DNA of 64,000 nucleotides from Torpedo marmorata. Lineage: Eukaryota. Shown piece after piece: positions 1 through 12,100 of this stretch. The notes beneath the pieces were generated by a model. It worked only from the letters and a program-made list of their open reading frames with translations, did not search any database and was not told where the DNA came from. A program made the position numbers and the translations under genes. The stretch spans positions 135,222,001 to 135,286,000 of the forward strand of contig OZ360220.1 of assembly GCA_977017645.1 (NCBI GenBank). The letters are read 5' to 3'. The stretch's first letter is position 1. Each line of letters opens with the position of its first letter.

Positions 1-57
1 GGATTACTCATGAAATATGTTTTCAAAGCTAATTCCGGCCTCTTTTGTCTGTTCTAG

Positions 58-195
58 GTTCGTACTCTTCTGATGTCTTTTCATGGAAGCAAGGCCAGAA
101 ATTGATAAGATTGTTACTTGGCCCACCCCCCAAACTTCCAAAGAGCCCAGCTTCAACTCGAGATATAGGTGACAGGAACAGGCAAAAACTTTCAG
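58..195 (+). CDS. CEP350/CCDC187-like exon (phase 1-1)
   Basis: ttctAG|...CAG|gtaat; encodes [18 protein letters not shown], resembling CEP350 SWRDGQKLVKKILGPAP. Confidence 0.8.
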
Positions 196-3100
196 GTAAT
201 TTTCAAAACTACGTAACCAAAGAAGAAGTTGCTTTGTCTGCTCATGTCTCCTTTCGTGGTTTACTCATTATGCTTTTTGTAGTGATTGACATCTCCTACC
301 TTCTACCTTTTGTTATTTTTATTTCCTTGGTGTAGAAAGCTTTATTTTGTCTCTTTTATTACAGTTATTGTAATCGACTTCATACATCTGCCTGATACCT
401 TAATATACCAAATGACTGGCAGTCTTTGGCCCGCTTCAATTGTTTGCTACATGGTGTTCTGTTAAATTGGATATCTTCGGCTCTGTTGCACTAGTTTGTT
501 CCTAAAGCTGTTGATAAGAAATGAGTGGAAGTCTTCAACCTTGGCCTTAAGAAATAGCTTTAACTATGTGTGAAGTATCAGCAATACCATAAAAAGCAGC
601 TGGATGACATTCAGCAATAACAATTTCCATTTATAGGGGCTACAAATATTGTCCAAAATGTTTCTCACAAAGTAAGTTGGTATCTCTCTGAAGCTATAAT
701 AAATGCTCAGATTGGTGTTAGACAGCAATAATTATTTTTCATCTTCCTTTTGAATGCAGAGGTTAATTGGAAGGATGTTTTTGTTGTAGATGTGTGATGG
801 GAATTTCTGTTGGAACTTGCCCTGTATAAAGTGTAGTTTTGAGACCCTGTGCAATCTGTTATAAAAATAGGAATTAATGCCGTGATTTATATTATTAACG
901 AGTTTCCAAAAAATGGAAACGTGCTTTCAGCTCTATCCTGCTCGTGAAACACTTTTGTTGTAGGTGCTGTGAGCTTGTAGGTGTTGTAGGTGTTGTGAGC
1001 TTGCTGCTCTCCTACTTATTATGCAGCACTTAAATACAATTTGCTCTATTTTTTGTTTGTTTAATAAAACAGATAAGCAAGTAAAAGATCTTGTGAAACC
1101 TGCAAGATCATCATCGTTTCAAAGGAGTCTCAGGCGAAGACTTTATGTTGCAAATGAGGATGATCAACACGGAACTTCCATGAAAACTGGATTGTTGGAC
1201 CTTGAACAGGCCTGCTTGGAGCCCGTGCAGTTAAGTGAGACATTAAAGGGTTTGCAATCAGGAAAGCCTGCTGGAATGAACCAAAACTTTACTTGGAAGA
1301 TGGGAGATGGTAATGCAAACCTTGAGGTGAAGTTTGGTGAAGGTAGTCAGGAGGGCCTTGTAACTCCTAAGAGACACAAATGCCTTGTACCTCGTGAGGA
1401 TGAGAAAGGTGGTCCAAATCAATGGAGCAGCAGCTTGACAAGAAATTGTGTCTTGAGACAGAAACCACATTTAGGGGGCAAGAGAAGACCTTTGCTTCCA
1501 AAATGTAGAGCAGGTTCCTGCAAAGCTGAGACGGAAAACTTGGGAGACCAGGCACGATCTCCTGTGGCTCGGAGTTATAATGTGGAGGAGGTCCGCGAGT
1601 ATATGAAAAGAGAGGCGGCCCAGCGCAAACGGCAGGAGAGTGAAAGGAAGCGATTGGCAATGCAGGCCATGGAGGTGAAAAAGAAGAGACTGCAGGAAGT
1701 CTACAGGAAACAGAAGGAGGCCATCTCCAAGCAAAAGAGATGTAGACAGAGGAGCACTCTGCCTGCTCAGCACTTTGTGGACAGATGCAAGGATTCCACA
1801 AAGCCAGTAAGTTTCTACCCCTTAGAACACAATTTCACCATTTTACCATTATCATGTGTTACGAAGTCTTTCCTGCTGATTGTATCAGCCTCTAAGAACC
1901 TTGAAAGCTGGCTTTGGAGGAAGCTGTCCGTTTGTGTTTAAAAACACAGCTGTTTCAGCAGTGCCTTACTTTTACCTTGTCCCTCATTTGACTCGATTTC
2001 CCCCACCAATATAGTTGATCCATCAGGCTCTCTGAAGTGGAGCTGCATGTTCCTGGCACGTGGCCAAGACAACGTGTTGGTGCATGCAGACACCATCTTG
2101 GTTGTTCTAGTTCTCCCTCACTTTTACTCACTAATAGTACTCAGGTTGCTTGCAGTGAGTGCATGTTCTGGCCTTTGTTGCTCTTTGCCGCCCACTGAAT
2201 TATCGTGGCATTTTATTGGATCAGGGATGTTTTAATGCTCTCAGCCTCCTTCCCTGTAGTTTGCTCATGTGGTTAAAAACAACTGGAGGCTTCCCTAATT
2301 ATCCATTAGTTAATTGTACTGCTGCAGGAACGCTTTCCTCAGGTCGGTATGGAGCCATTTCTGACTTCAGATTTCAGATTTATTGTCAGAGTACATACAA
2401 CCCTGAGATTCTTTTTCCTTAATGGACTGATGAGCATCCCATGCTATTCTCTTGGAATCCTAATAAATACCCCACCCAATATTAGTCCCCATTGATTTCC
2501 ACAGAGAATAAAAGTGAATGGTACATAAAACCAATGAAAATTTGCCCCTTTTGTATCAGTTGGAGCACAACTGGGAGGTTTTCTCCGATGGTGAAAAAAA
2601 AAAAAGGCACCGTAAGCTCTAATGACTCCTGTCCCCTGTGACCAAGATGTGGCAGTAAGAAGTATTACACTGTGGTGAAGTCATACGAGTTAGAAAGGCT
2701 CTGGTTTCCAATCACTGACCTGTGCTGAGTCAGCTGCGCTCAGCTCGAGGTGTCAGCAATGGGCAGGGGACGATAGTCTCTCATTGTGTGCATACGGGGT
2801 AGGTTGATGCATGGGGATCCCATCTATAGTGCTGTTCACTGCACCCATTAATGGTCATCTCACTGGACGGTAACAGCTGCCACTGCCATCCTCTTGTTGC
2901 AACTGGCGGCTCTTTGGTGTTATTGTGGCATTTCTGGAGGTCGTCCATTGATGGACAGTTAGGAACTGGTTGCATAAACTTGGTTTGTATTCCCTCGAGT
3001 GCAGAAGAGTAAATTGTGATCTAATTGTTCAGGAAGATTAAATAATTCCATACAGAGAATCTATTAGCTCTGGTGAATGAATTCAGAATAAGGGAACAAT

Positions 3101-6100
3101 GTTACATTAAGGTTAGACATTGGCCGTGCAAGTGTAATATCAAAAAAACAATTCATTTGGTGAAAATAGCTAACCCATTCAGGTAAAAATGGTCTTCATG
3201 CTGCATTCTGATGGGAAATTTCAAGGCAAATTGATTGCCTTTTAGATGAAATGTCACATAATCATGGTGAGGAGATGGTATTGTGGTGGAGATCACTGAT
3301 CTAATTGAATGGTGGACAGACATAAGGGACTGAACATTACCCAAGAAAAAAAGTAAAACACGAAAATCTGTAGACACCGTGGTTGAAGTAAAAAACACAA
3401 ATGCTGGAGAAACTCAGCAGGTCAAACAGTGTCTTTTATGTAGCAAAGGTAGAAATACATAACCGACGTTTCGGGCTTGAGCCCTTCACCAAAGTATGAG
3501 AAAATGCCGGCAGGCGTCCGAACAAAAGAGTGAGGGGGGGGGGGGGTGGCAAAGGCAGGAGATGATATATGTAACAAAGGTAGAAATACATAACATCTTC
3601 TGCCTTTGCCACCCCTCCTTCCCCCCCCCTCACTCTTTTGTTCGGATGCCTGCTGGCATTTTCTCATACTTTGATGAAGGGCTCAAGCCCGAAACGTTGG
3701 TGATGTATTTCTACCTTTGCTACATAAAAGACACTGTTTGACCTGCTGAGTTTCTCCAGCATTTGTGTTTATTACCCATGAAAATTTGCCTCACTTTTTT
3801 TTTACTCTGATGCTTGTATCTTCAGCTTGTCTTTTGTTCTGTATTTTTTCTTATCTTGGCTGAGATTGTTTGACGAGAACCGCAAATATATTTGCAAACT
3901 GTATGTTCTCATGCTGGGACGTAATTAATTATTGGACTTCTCACTTCTACCTATTAGGAAAAGAGTTTGGGGACGGCTCAACTGATGAAAGATCGAGCAC
4001 CAACAAGGGGAAGTCCAGAGGCTGGAGGCTTTGAGGAAAGGTACAGCTTGCTGAAACAATATCAGTGGTTGAGAAAACAAATTGCATTAATAAATTCGCC
4101 TATAATCGGTTACTTGAGCAAATGCACCATCTGGTGTAGGACCAAGGCACAGGAAACAGGATGTTATGATCATGGTGTTATGCTGTGTTAATTGACATTG
4201 CTCGAGGAATCAGTAGAAAGTGGACAATCTGCAGTCTCCAGTCTGCAGGAAAATGGTCCACTTGCAGCTCTGACAGTGGTGACGTGAAGGCAGAGGGGGA
4301 CAGATTCATGCTTTTCTAACTCATTTCCTGATGCTGTCATGCACTTTAAAACCCCACATACCAAGTCTTGTTCCCCAGATGAGCAATGAGGGCTCCTGTT
4401 ACCCAAGTACATGATCTCTGCATAAACACCATGGTGCGCTGCCTGAGTCAGTGCTCTGTTTTAATTTGAATGATCTGTGATATGTTTTATAAAGGACACA
4501 CATTTTGGCTCATTTTTTCATAGTGTACCTCACAAGTGATCAACTAGCTTTGTCCCAGGATTGAAAGGTTTGCACTCCAGTGGGTAATTTACGATAACTA
4601 TTTTGTATGAGTTAACTCTGTTTTAATTGAGGTTCCCTGTCTTATTGTAGCCCTGTGCAGCACAGTTGCTGAGAGTCAGTTGAGGAGGGCAGCTACCTTT
4701 AACAAGTACCTTTTCCATTTCCAATGGTTCACTCTTTGAAATTCAACACAGCAGAGGTTGAAACAGGGACTGGCTGAACGGTTGGAGCAGGGGACCTGTT
4801 TCAGGCTGAGCTCCTGCTGTATGGTTGCATCAACCTCTCCTATTCCCTCACCTCTCCCTCCACCTGTCACTTCCTCTCCAAAGATTCCCCTCCTCCTCCA
4901 CCTCTCATTATCTTAGCCTCTTACCCCTGCATCCCTTTACACTCCATCTCCTCGTATCCTCGCCCACATCAGGCCTCCCCTGACTGCATCTCCATTTCAC
5001 TCTCCTTGCCTGTATGTACAGCATCACCTTTTCCAGCATTTCAGTTTCCTCCTACTATCAACCCATGCCCACCAACATTACCCTGTATTACCTTCTATCC
5101 TCTCCCCATCTCCTGCCTTTGCCACCATTGAAGTGCTCACTCATGCCATGGGCACCTTCTACTCTCCACCTTGACATTGTTCTGTAGGTCCAAGTCTCCA
5201 CTGGCAAGGGGATCCTTTAAATTTTATGATCATGGGGTTAATACAGTGGGGACCAATCTGAAGCCAAGTGACAGAACAGTTATTCACTCCACTGTCATTA
5301 AGATTAAAAATCAAGCATTTCTGAGGCTCTGGCTCTCCAGCAAACTCTGGTAATGGGGATTCCCCCTGAAACAGTGAAACACGTGATGTTTATTCACTCT
5401 TCTTTGAGCTAGAGGAGAAAAACACCAAGAAGAGGTGGGCATGGAGATGGGGAAAATTCAATCTAACTTCATCTCTTGGGGTAAATGGAGCACCAAAATG
5501 ACACACTCTGATTTCGAGGTGAACAGAGGGGAGGTTTCCCCCTGAGAGGGAGTTTGTGGCCTGGCGGAATGATCTTAACATTGGAACAGAAACTACCTCT
5601 TCACACACAGCCTGGAGAAAAACTGCAACTTACTGTCAAGGAGCTGTCCGGTGTTCTGGGTGGGAAGCTTCAAAATATGGATTAAGTTATTTCAAGTTAT
5701 GGAGGAGTGTTTTTGTTTGACATTGAGGGTTACTGACCACAGGAAGAAGGATGTTGTCCGGCTATTTCCTGATGCAATGATGGAACTGACTGGAGGAGCT
5801 GGATGGCTTATTGCTGTTCCTGCGTGCCAGTTGAACTCTCTGGGTTTTGATCAGTGGCATGATAACTATTATCCCTCTCCAAGTCAAGACCAAAATTTCC
5901 AGATGCAGCACTTCTCTGGCTGAAGGACCAGCTGGAACGGGGAGTGCCAGTGGATACCTTCCTGAGTCCATGCTGCTTGTTGCAAAAGTCGCCAGTGCCT
6001 TTACCCATGTGGAGGCACTTCACCCCGATGGCATTTGAGGGCCCAAAACTCTGAGCCTGTCCCAAGAACCTCAACCAACGCAGTTGGAATGAAATGAAAA

Positions 6101-9100
6101 GAGAAAAGCTTGGAAACATCCAGCTGGTCAGGTGGCACCCGTGGAGAGAGAGAGAGAAAGATGGAGTTCATGCTTCAGGTCAAAGACCCTGCAATAAAAC
6201 TGCAATGTAAAGCTAACTTGTTCTCTCTCCTTCACAAGGGTTCTTGATCTGAAATGTTAACTCTGTAGCCCTGTGGCTGCCTGACCTGCTCAGTGTTTCT
6301 GGTATGTTTCAGACTTCCAGCAGTTTTGTAACGTCAAAGCAATTCCACAATAAGTTTCTGGCCAAGTTGAATCCTCGTCTATGATATCCGACTGTGTTCT
6401 GCAGTTTCCCGCATTATGTGAAGATGTGTTTCTTGTTAAAGTGATTGGAGGAAAGTTTAGGAGCGATGTCAGAAGTAGGTTTTTTACACAGAGAGTGGTG
6501 GGAACCTGGAATGCGTTGCTGGGGGTGGTGGTGGGGGCTGGTACAATAGAGGCATTCAAAATACTCTTAGCTCGGCACATGGATGTAAGAAAAATAGAGG
6601 GTTATGGGTGTGAGGAAGGGAAAATTAGATTGTTGTGGAGTAGGTTTGCATGGGTCAACGCAACATTAATGGCTGAAGGCCCTGTACTGTGCTGTAATAT
6701 TCTATGTTCTACGTTATACAGTGGGTCACGGAAACAGGATCTGAAGTATCCCATGGGGCCATTGTGTAACTGGATGCCTGGCCGGGGTAGCCCACTGAGA
6801 ATTCAGGACGTGGGACTGCTTCATCGCTCTCCAAAGCTGTCATCCCATCCAATACTCACCAATCAACCTCTTGCAACATGTGAGCAGGAAACCAGCTGCA
6901 ACACTACCATCCACAGGAGCGACGAGCGCAGAAACAAGCAGCAGCGCATCAAGGCCCTCCGTTCCATGGCCACCGCCCTCTGTGGCCGAATTGAGGACGA
7001 AGTGAAGAGATTGGGTGTGGAGACAGGGACTCTGCCGAGCCCTAGAGTCCACAGCAGCAACCAGGGATGGAAGGAAGGTGGATTGGGCTGGCTTGTGGGA
7101 GAAGATGCTGCAGGCACAGCGGCTGGTGGTTGTGGTCTGGAGTGGCAGAGTGAGCCACAAAGTTGCCTGGTCACATCACCAAGTGTGCTGACTGCCTTCA
7201 GTCTCCTGTCCAACTCTTTGCACAAGGGGGGAGGCCAAATGGAAACTGGTCGACAACAGGACAAGCATGCTGGGAGTAAAGCTGACCTGGAAGTTAAAGA
7301 ACTCGTGGATGAGCTGCTGTACAGTCCATCTTCTCAGAGTGATGACTTCCTGTGGAGTGACTCTGAACCTTTGGCAGAATGTGAACTTGTCTCCAAACCC
7401 AGAGAGCCAAGCGGCCAGCTGCTGGCTGAAGAGGAAGGTAGGACAAGTTGTGATGTACTTGAGCCATGCTCCTTTGGCCTTTCTCCACACTCTCCTTGCA
7501 CATACCTACTGGCATGAGCAAAGTATAATGCCTCCATTTTAAGTTTCTCTGGAGATGTGGGTACTGCCTGCAAAACCAATCTTAATCCAGTTTCCTTAAG
7601 AAGCTGTATGTGCAGCACCCTCTGGCAATTGTATGTACAACACATGAACCTGCTTGGCCATTTTGGGGGGCTTACACCTTCTAGGACTTGCATTCAGGCC
7701 TGATCAGGCTCGAGGGTGGAAGACAAGGTGAATGGGAAGATCTGCTTGCTGAAGGACATTTTGTGAAGCATGTTGGTTTTATGATCTGGTTTGTGGTCCC
7801 TGGAAATGTGCCATAAAGTCGAAGCCCTGGAGAATAATATCCCTCCTCATGATGGGATTTGAATCAAGATCTCTGGGCTTGTTTCCAAAATTAAGCCTGC
7901 ATGATTCATAGTTTGGATTGCAATGGCTTTTAATTCTGACATCTTGGAAACAACAGTTTAAAGTATATTGTCCTAAAGTTCAGATATTTCATCCTTGTTC
8001 TCTTTTGCTGGCAAATCCCCTGAATTCTTGATAAACAGAATGAAATAGTTTTTACCCTGCGATCAGTTGCAAGCTGTAAGATCGGAGCTCTGCCCCTCAA
8101 CGTCTGCAGTTGGTGAATTTACTTTTGTTCTTGCCTTTGTTCTCAGGGTTGGTAGACAGACGTGACCATGGAAACCATCAACTTGACAGGGAAGTTTGTG
8201 TGGACGAGTCTGCTTTTGATACACTTCAACCTGGGAACTGGTCTCTGGGAAGAAGGTAATGCATGACAGATTGTCACTGAAGCAACTTGCTGCAGATGCT
8301 AGCCTCGATGTCTTAGTGTGGTTCAGCATTTATGGTGTTTCTGAGGTGCATTGAGAGATGTTTCTGCTACGGTACAGTTTTTTAGGCATCATGTTGGAAT
8401 AATTAATGTGTGAGGGATTATGCATTGTAGCTGAAGATCAAGTCTGCATGTTACAGTACTGACCCAACCTCAGGACATTCTAATGAATATTATGATGAAA
8501 GGCTGTTGACTTGATGCATTATTTCAGTCTCTCTCTCCACAGATGCTGTCTGACCTACTATTTCTGGCATTTTGTGTTTTAATTTTGAATATTGAGTATC
8601 TAAAATTTCTAGCTTTTGATTCTGATGTATTTTACAGCCAATAAACGACAACCCAAGAAGAGTAGTGTGAGCTGCCTCAACGACTACCGCCTTGTAGCAC
8701 TATCTTCTACTGTGATGAAATGCTTTGAGAGGCTGGTCATGGCCAGAATTAACACGTACCTAAGCAAAGATCTGGACCCACTGCAATTTGCCTATCGTCA
8801 CAATCGCTCCACAGCAGATGCAATATCGCTGGCTCTCCACTCAGCTCTGGATCACCTTGAAAACAGCAATTCATACATACGGCTGCTCTTCATCGACTAC
8901 AGCTCGGCCTTTAATACCATTATTCCCTCAAGAAGCTACAAACTCTAAGCCTCTGTACCCCCCCTCTGCAACTGGATCCTTGACTTTCTCATCGGAAGAC
9001 CACAGTCAGTATGAATTGGAAACAACGTCTCCTCCTCACTGATTATCAACACAGGCACACCCCAAGGGTGCATGCTTAGCACACTGCTCTACTCGTTATA

Positions 9101-12100
9101 CACTCATGACTGTGTGGCCAGGCACAATTCCAATGCCATCTACAAGTTTGCCGATGACACCACAGTTGTTGGCAGAATCACAAACGGCAATGAGGAAGCG
9201 TACAGGAGGGAGATAGATCAGCTCGTTGAATGGTGTAACGACAACAACCTTGCGCAAAACAAAACCAAGGAGATGATTGTGGACTTCAGGAGGATGTCAG
9301 GGGAACACGACCCAGTCCTCATCGAGGGCTCAGTAGTGGAGAGGGTCAAGAACTTCAAATTCCTGTGTGTCAACATCTCCAAGGATCAGTCCTGGAGCCT
9401 CTACATTGATGCAATCACAAAAAAGGCTCGCCAGCGGCTATACTTTGTGAGGTGTCTGAGGAGATTCGGTATGTCACCGAAGACTCTCATAAACTTCTAC
9501 AGGTGTACCGTGGAGAGCATTCTGGCTGGTTGCATCACTGCCTGGTATGGAGACGCCAACTCTCAGGACAAGAATAAACTCCAGAGGGTTGTTAACTCGG
9601 CCTGTGACATCACAGGCACCAAACTTCACTCCATCGAGGACATCTACATGAGGTGGTGTCTTAAAAAAGCAGCCTCTATCTTCAAAGACCCTCACCACCC
9701 AGGCCATGCCCTCTTCACTCTGCTACCATCGGAAAAAAGGTACAGGAGCCTAAAGACGAGCATTCAACGGCACAAGGACAGCTTCTTCCCTGCTGCCATC
9801 AGATTCCTAAATAATCAATGAACCAAAGACACTGCCTTACTTTTCATGCACTATTATTTATATATATATTTTTATAGTAATGTCATAAGATGGTTTTAAT
9901 TTGAATGTTTGCACTATGATGCTGCCGCAAAACACCGAATTTCATGACTTGTTCATGACATTAAATTCTGATTCTGAAATGTGACTATTGTAGTAAAGAC
10001 TGCAGCAAGGTCCCAGAAAACACAATGTGATAATGACCAGAGAGTTCACTTCAGTGCTGTTGACAGCGAGCACAGCTTTTCAGCATCTTGAGGCCAATCT
10101 TGTCCAATGGAGAACAGAGAATCTTGGGGACACCTATGCCTGAAACTAAAATTAGCAACTTATTTGGAATTCAACAGTATTATTTTAATTGCATCTCCTC
10201 AGGTTGAAGAGGCTGATCATATAGTTTATGTCAGTGATGCTGGAACGATGTATTTGTTTATTTAAAAGAGACAGGTCCAGGTATGGTAGCAGATGAGTTG
10301 AAACTCCAATCGTGCGACATACTTGACCTATAAAGTTCAGACAAGATGCTTAATTTTGGCTTCAATTTCTTCCTCTGTTTTGTTCAGTTTGGAGTTCCAT
10401 GAGCCTGAAGATTTGGGGGGTGCAGGGGGGGTGAAAGAACCCCATGATTCAAGGATGCCCTGGAATTGCCTGTAATTAAAGACTGATCACTCAGGAGTGG
10501 GCAGAGAAAAATTATAGATCTCCCATTTCACTGTGCTGGAATGTACAGCACACAAAGAGGCTGCAATACAGTGTGGATACAATGTGCTGCCTGCACATGT
10601 TCTATACTGCAGAGCCACAAAATTCATTGGAGCAGCATCTAGGAAGCAAAAGATTTTGAACCTTTTGAACCTTTGCTGGTCTTTCTTTCTCTGCCACAAA
10701 TGCAAGCGTTTCTGTCATGAAGCAGGTGCCAAATAGTCGCTGAGACAAAGTTACATCAAATACAAAGAAGATTCAGCTTCAGTGACGCTAAGCTGAATTT
10801 TTCCCTTTCTGCTTTTTCACTCACATTGTCTGGAATCGTGTTAGAAACTGGATGCTGAGAAATTAGGAGGAAGCAGCAAAATACTGAATGCTAATTCCCT
10901 AAAACCCTCGCATAATAGAGGAACTTCAATAGGTTTTCTGAAATCATTTAAAAATCTTGGGCTCCTAATGGGAAAGTGCAAAGAGCCCAATTGAGAGTTT
11001 GGAAAGGTAATAGTCCATTCAGAAGCATCTAGGTTGAAGTTCTTTCTGAAGACCGGATAACTTGGTAGGTTAATTGGGTGTAATTGGGCAACATGGATTT
11101 TGATGGTTGGAATCGGCTTCTATACTGTGTTGTATTTTAAATGTAAATTTAAATTAAATATTAAATTTTAAATTTTAACTTTAAATTTTTTTAAATTAAA
11201 TTTATATTCAGACATACAGCACTGTAACAGGCCTTTTCTGCCCACTAGTCTGTGCCGCCCAATTTACACCCAATTATCCTTCACCCCAGTACGTTTCGCA
11301 CATAAAAAAAAATCAGAAAGTTTACCTGCAAATACGTTATGTCATTGAGGATGCTTGTTGTATGCAAATTGGTGGCTAAATTTCTCTTCAGAACAACAAT
11401 TGCACTTCTATCGTGATCACAGAGTATTTTAGAATCTTGCACAGATGTGAAGGGTGTGAAATAATTGTGAATTATTTGTTGAGGCTGTTCATCTGATGTT
11501 TGCAATAAGTACGTTGACCACATGGTGGCAGTGTAGCATCGTTTCCCCCCACTCCAGTGCAAAAGCGAAAGGATGCACTTCTCAATTCTCATCTTATTTC
11601 AAGAAGGTGTGCTATAAAATGCTTCGGTTTCCATAATCTGACCAATGTAACTATCCCTATCACTGCTTTTGAAATTGCTTTCCAGTCTGCTATTGTAAAG
11701 TTTATAAAATTCTCATCTGTGTTTTCAAATTATTCTGAGAGTTTACCTCCTCATTCTCAAGTAATGTCTTTGAGGCCACACAACCCACAGATCTTCCTGA
11801 GCAGCACCCTTGATACTAATTGCTCCATTAATGGTCAGTTACTGAAACCCCATTCTTTGGAATCCCTCAATTAATTTGCTTCTCTCTTTTCCTCGAAGAT
11901 TCTCGTAAAATCCTACCATTTTCACCATACCTTTGGTCAATTGCCTGAATATCTTCTTTAATTGGTTGGTGTTAACATTGATCTTATAAATGTCCCTATG
12001 AAGTAGATTGAAGAGCCCATACCTCCGAGTGGAATCTTCCCAAACCTGTGTGAATGTAGACCAAAGCATTGAGATCTGCAAATGGATGAACAGAACAAAC

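Noticed and set aside
6381-7517. 378-aa ORF as a standalone gene
   Set aside because: It is a CR1 remnant in frame with a host exon, not an independent gene
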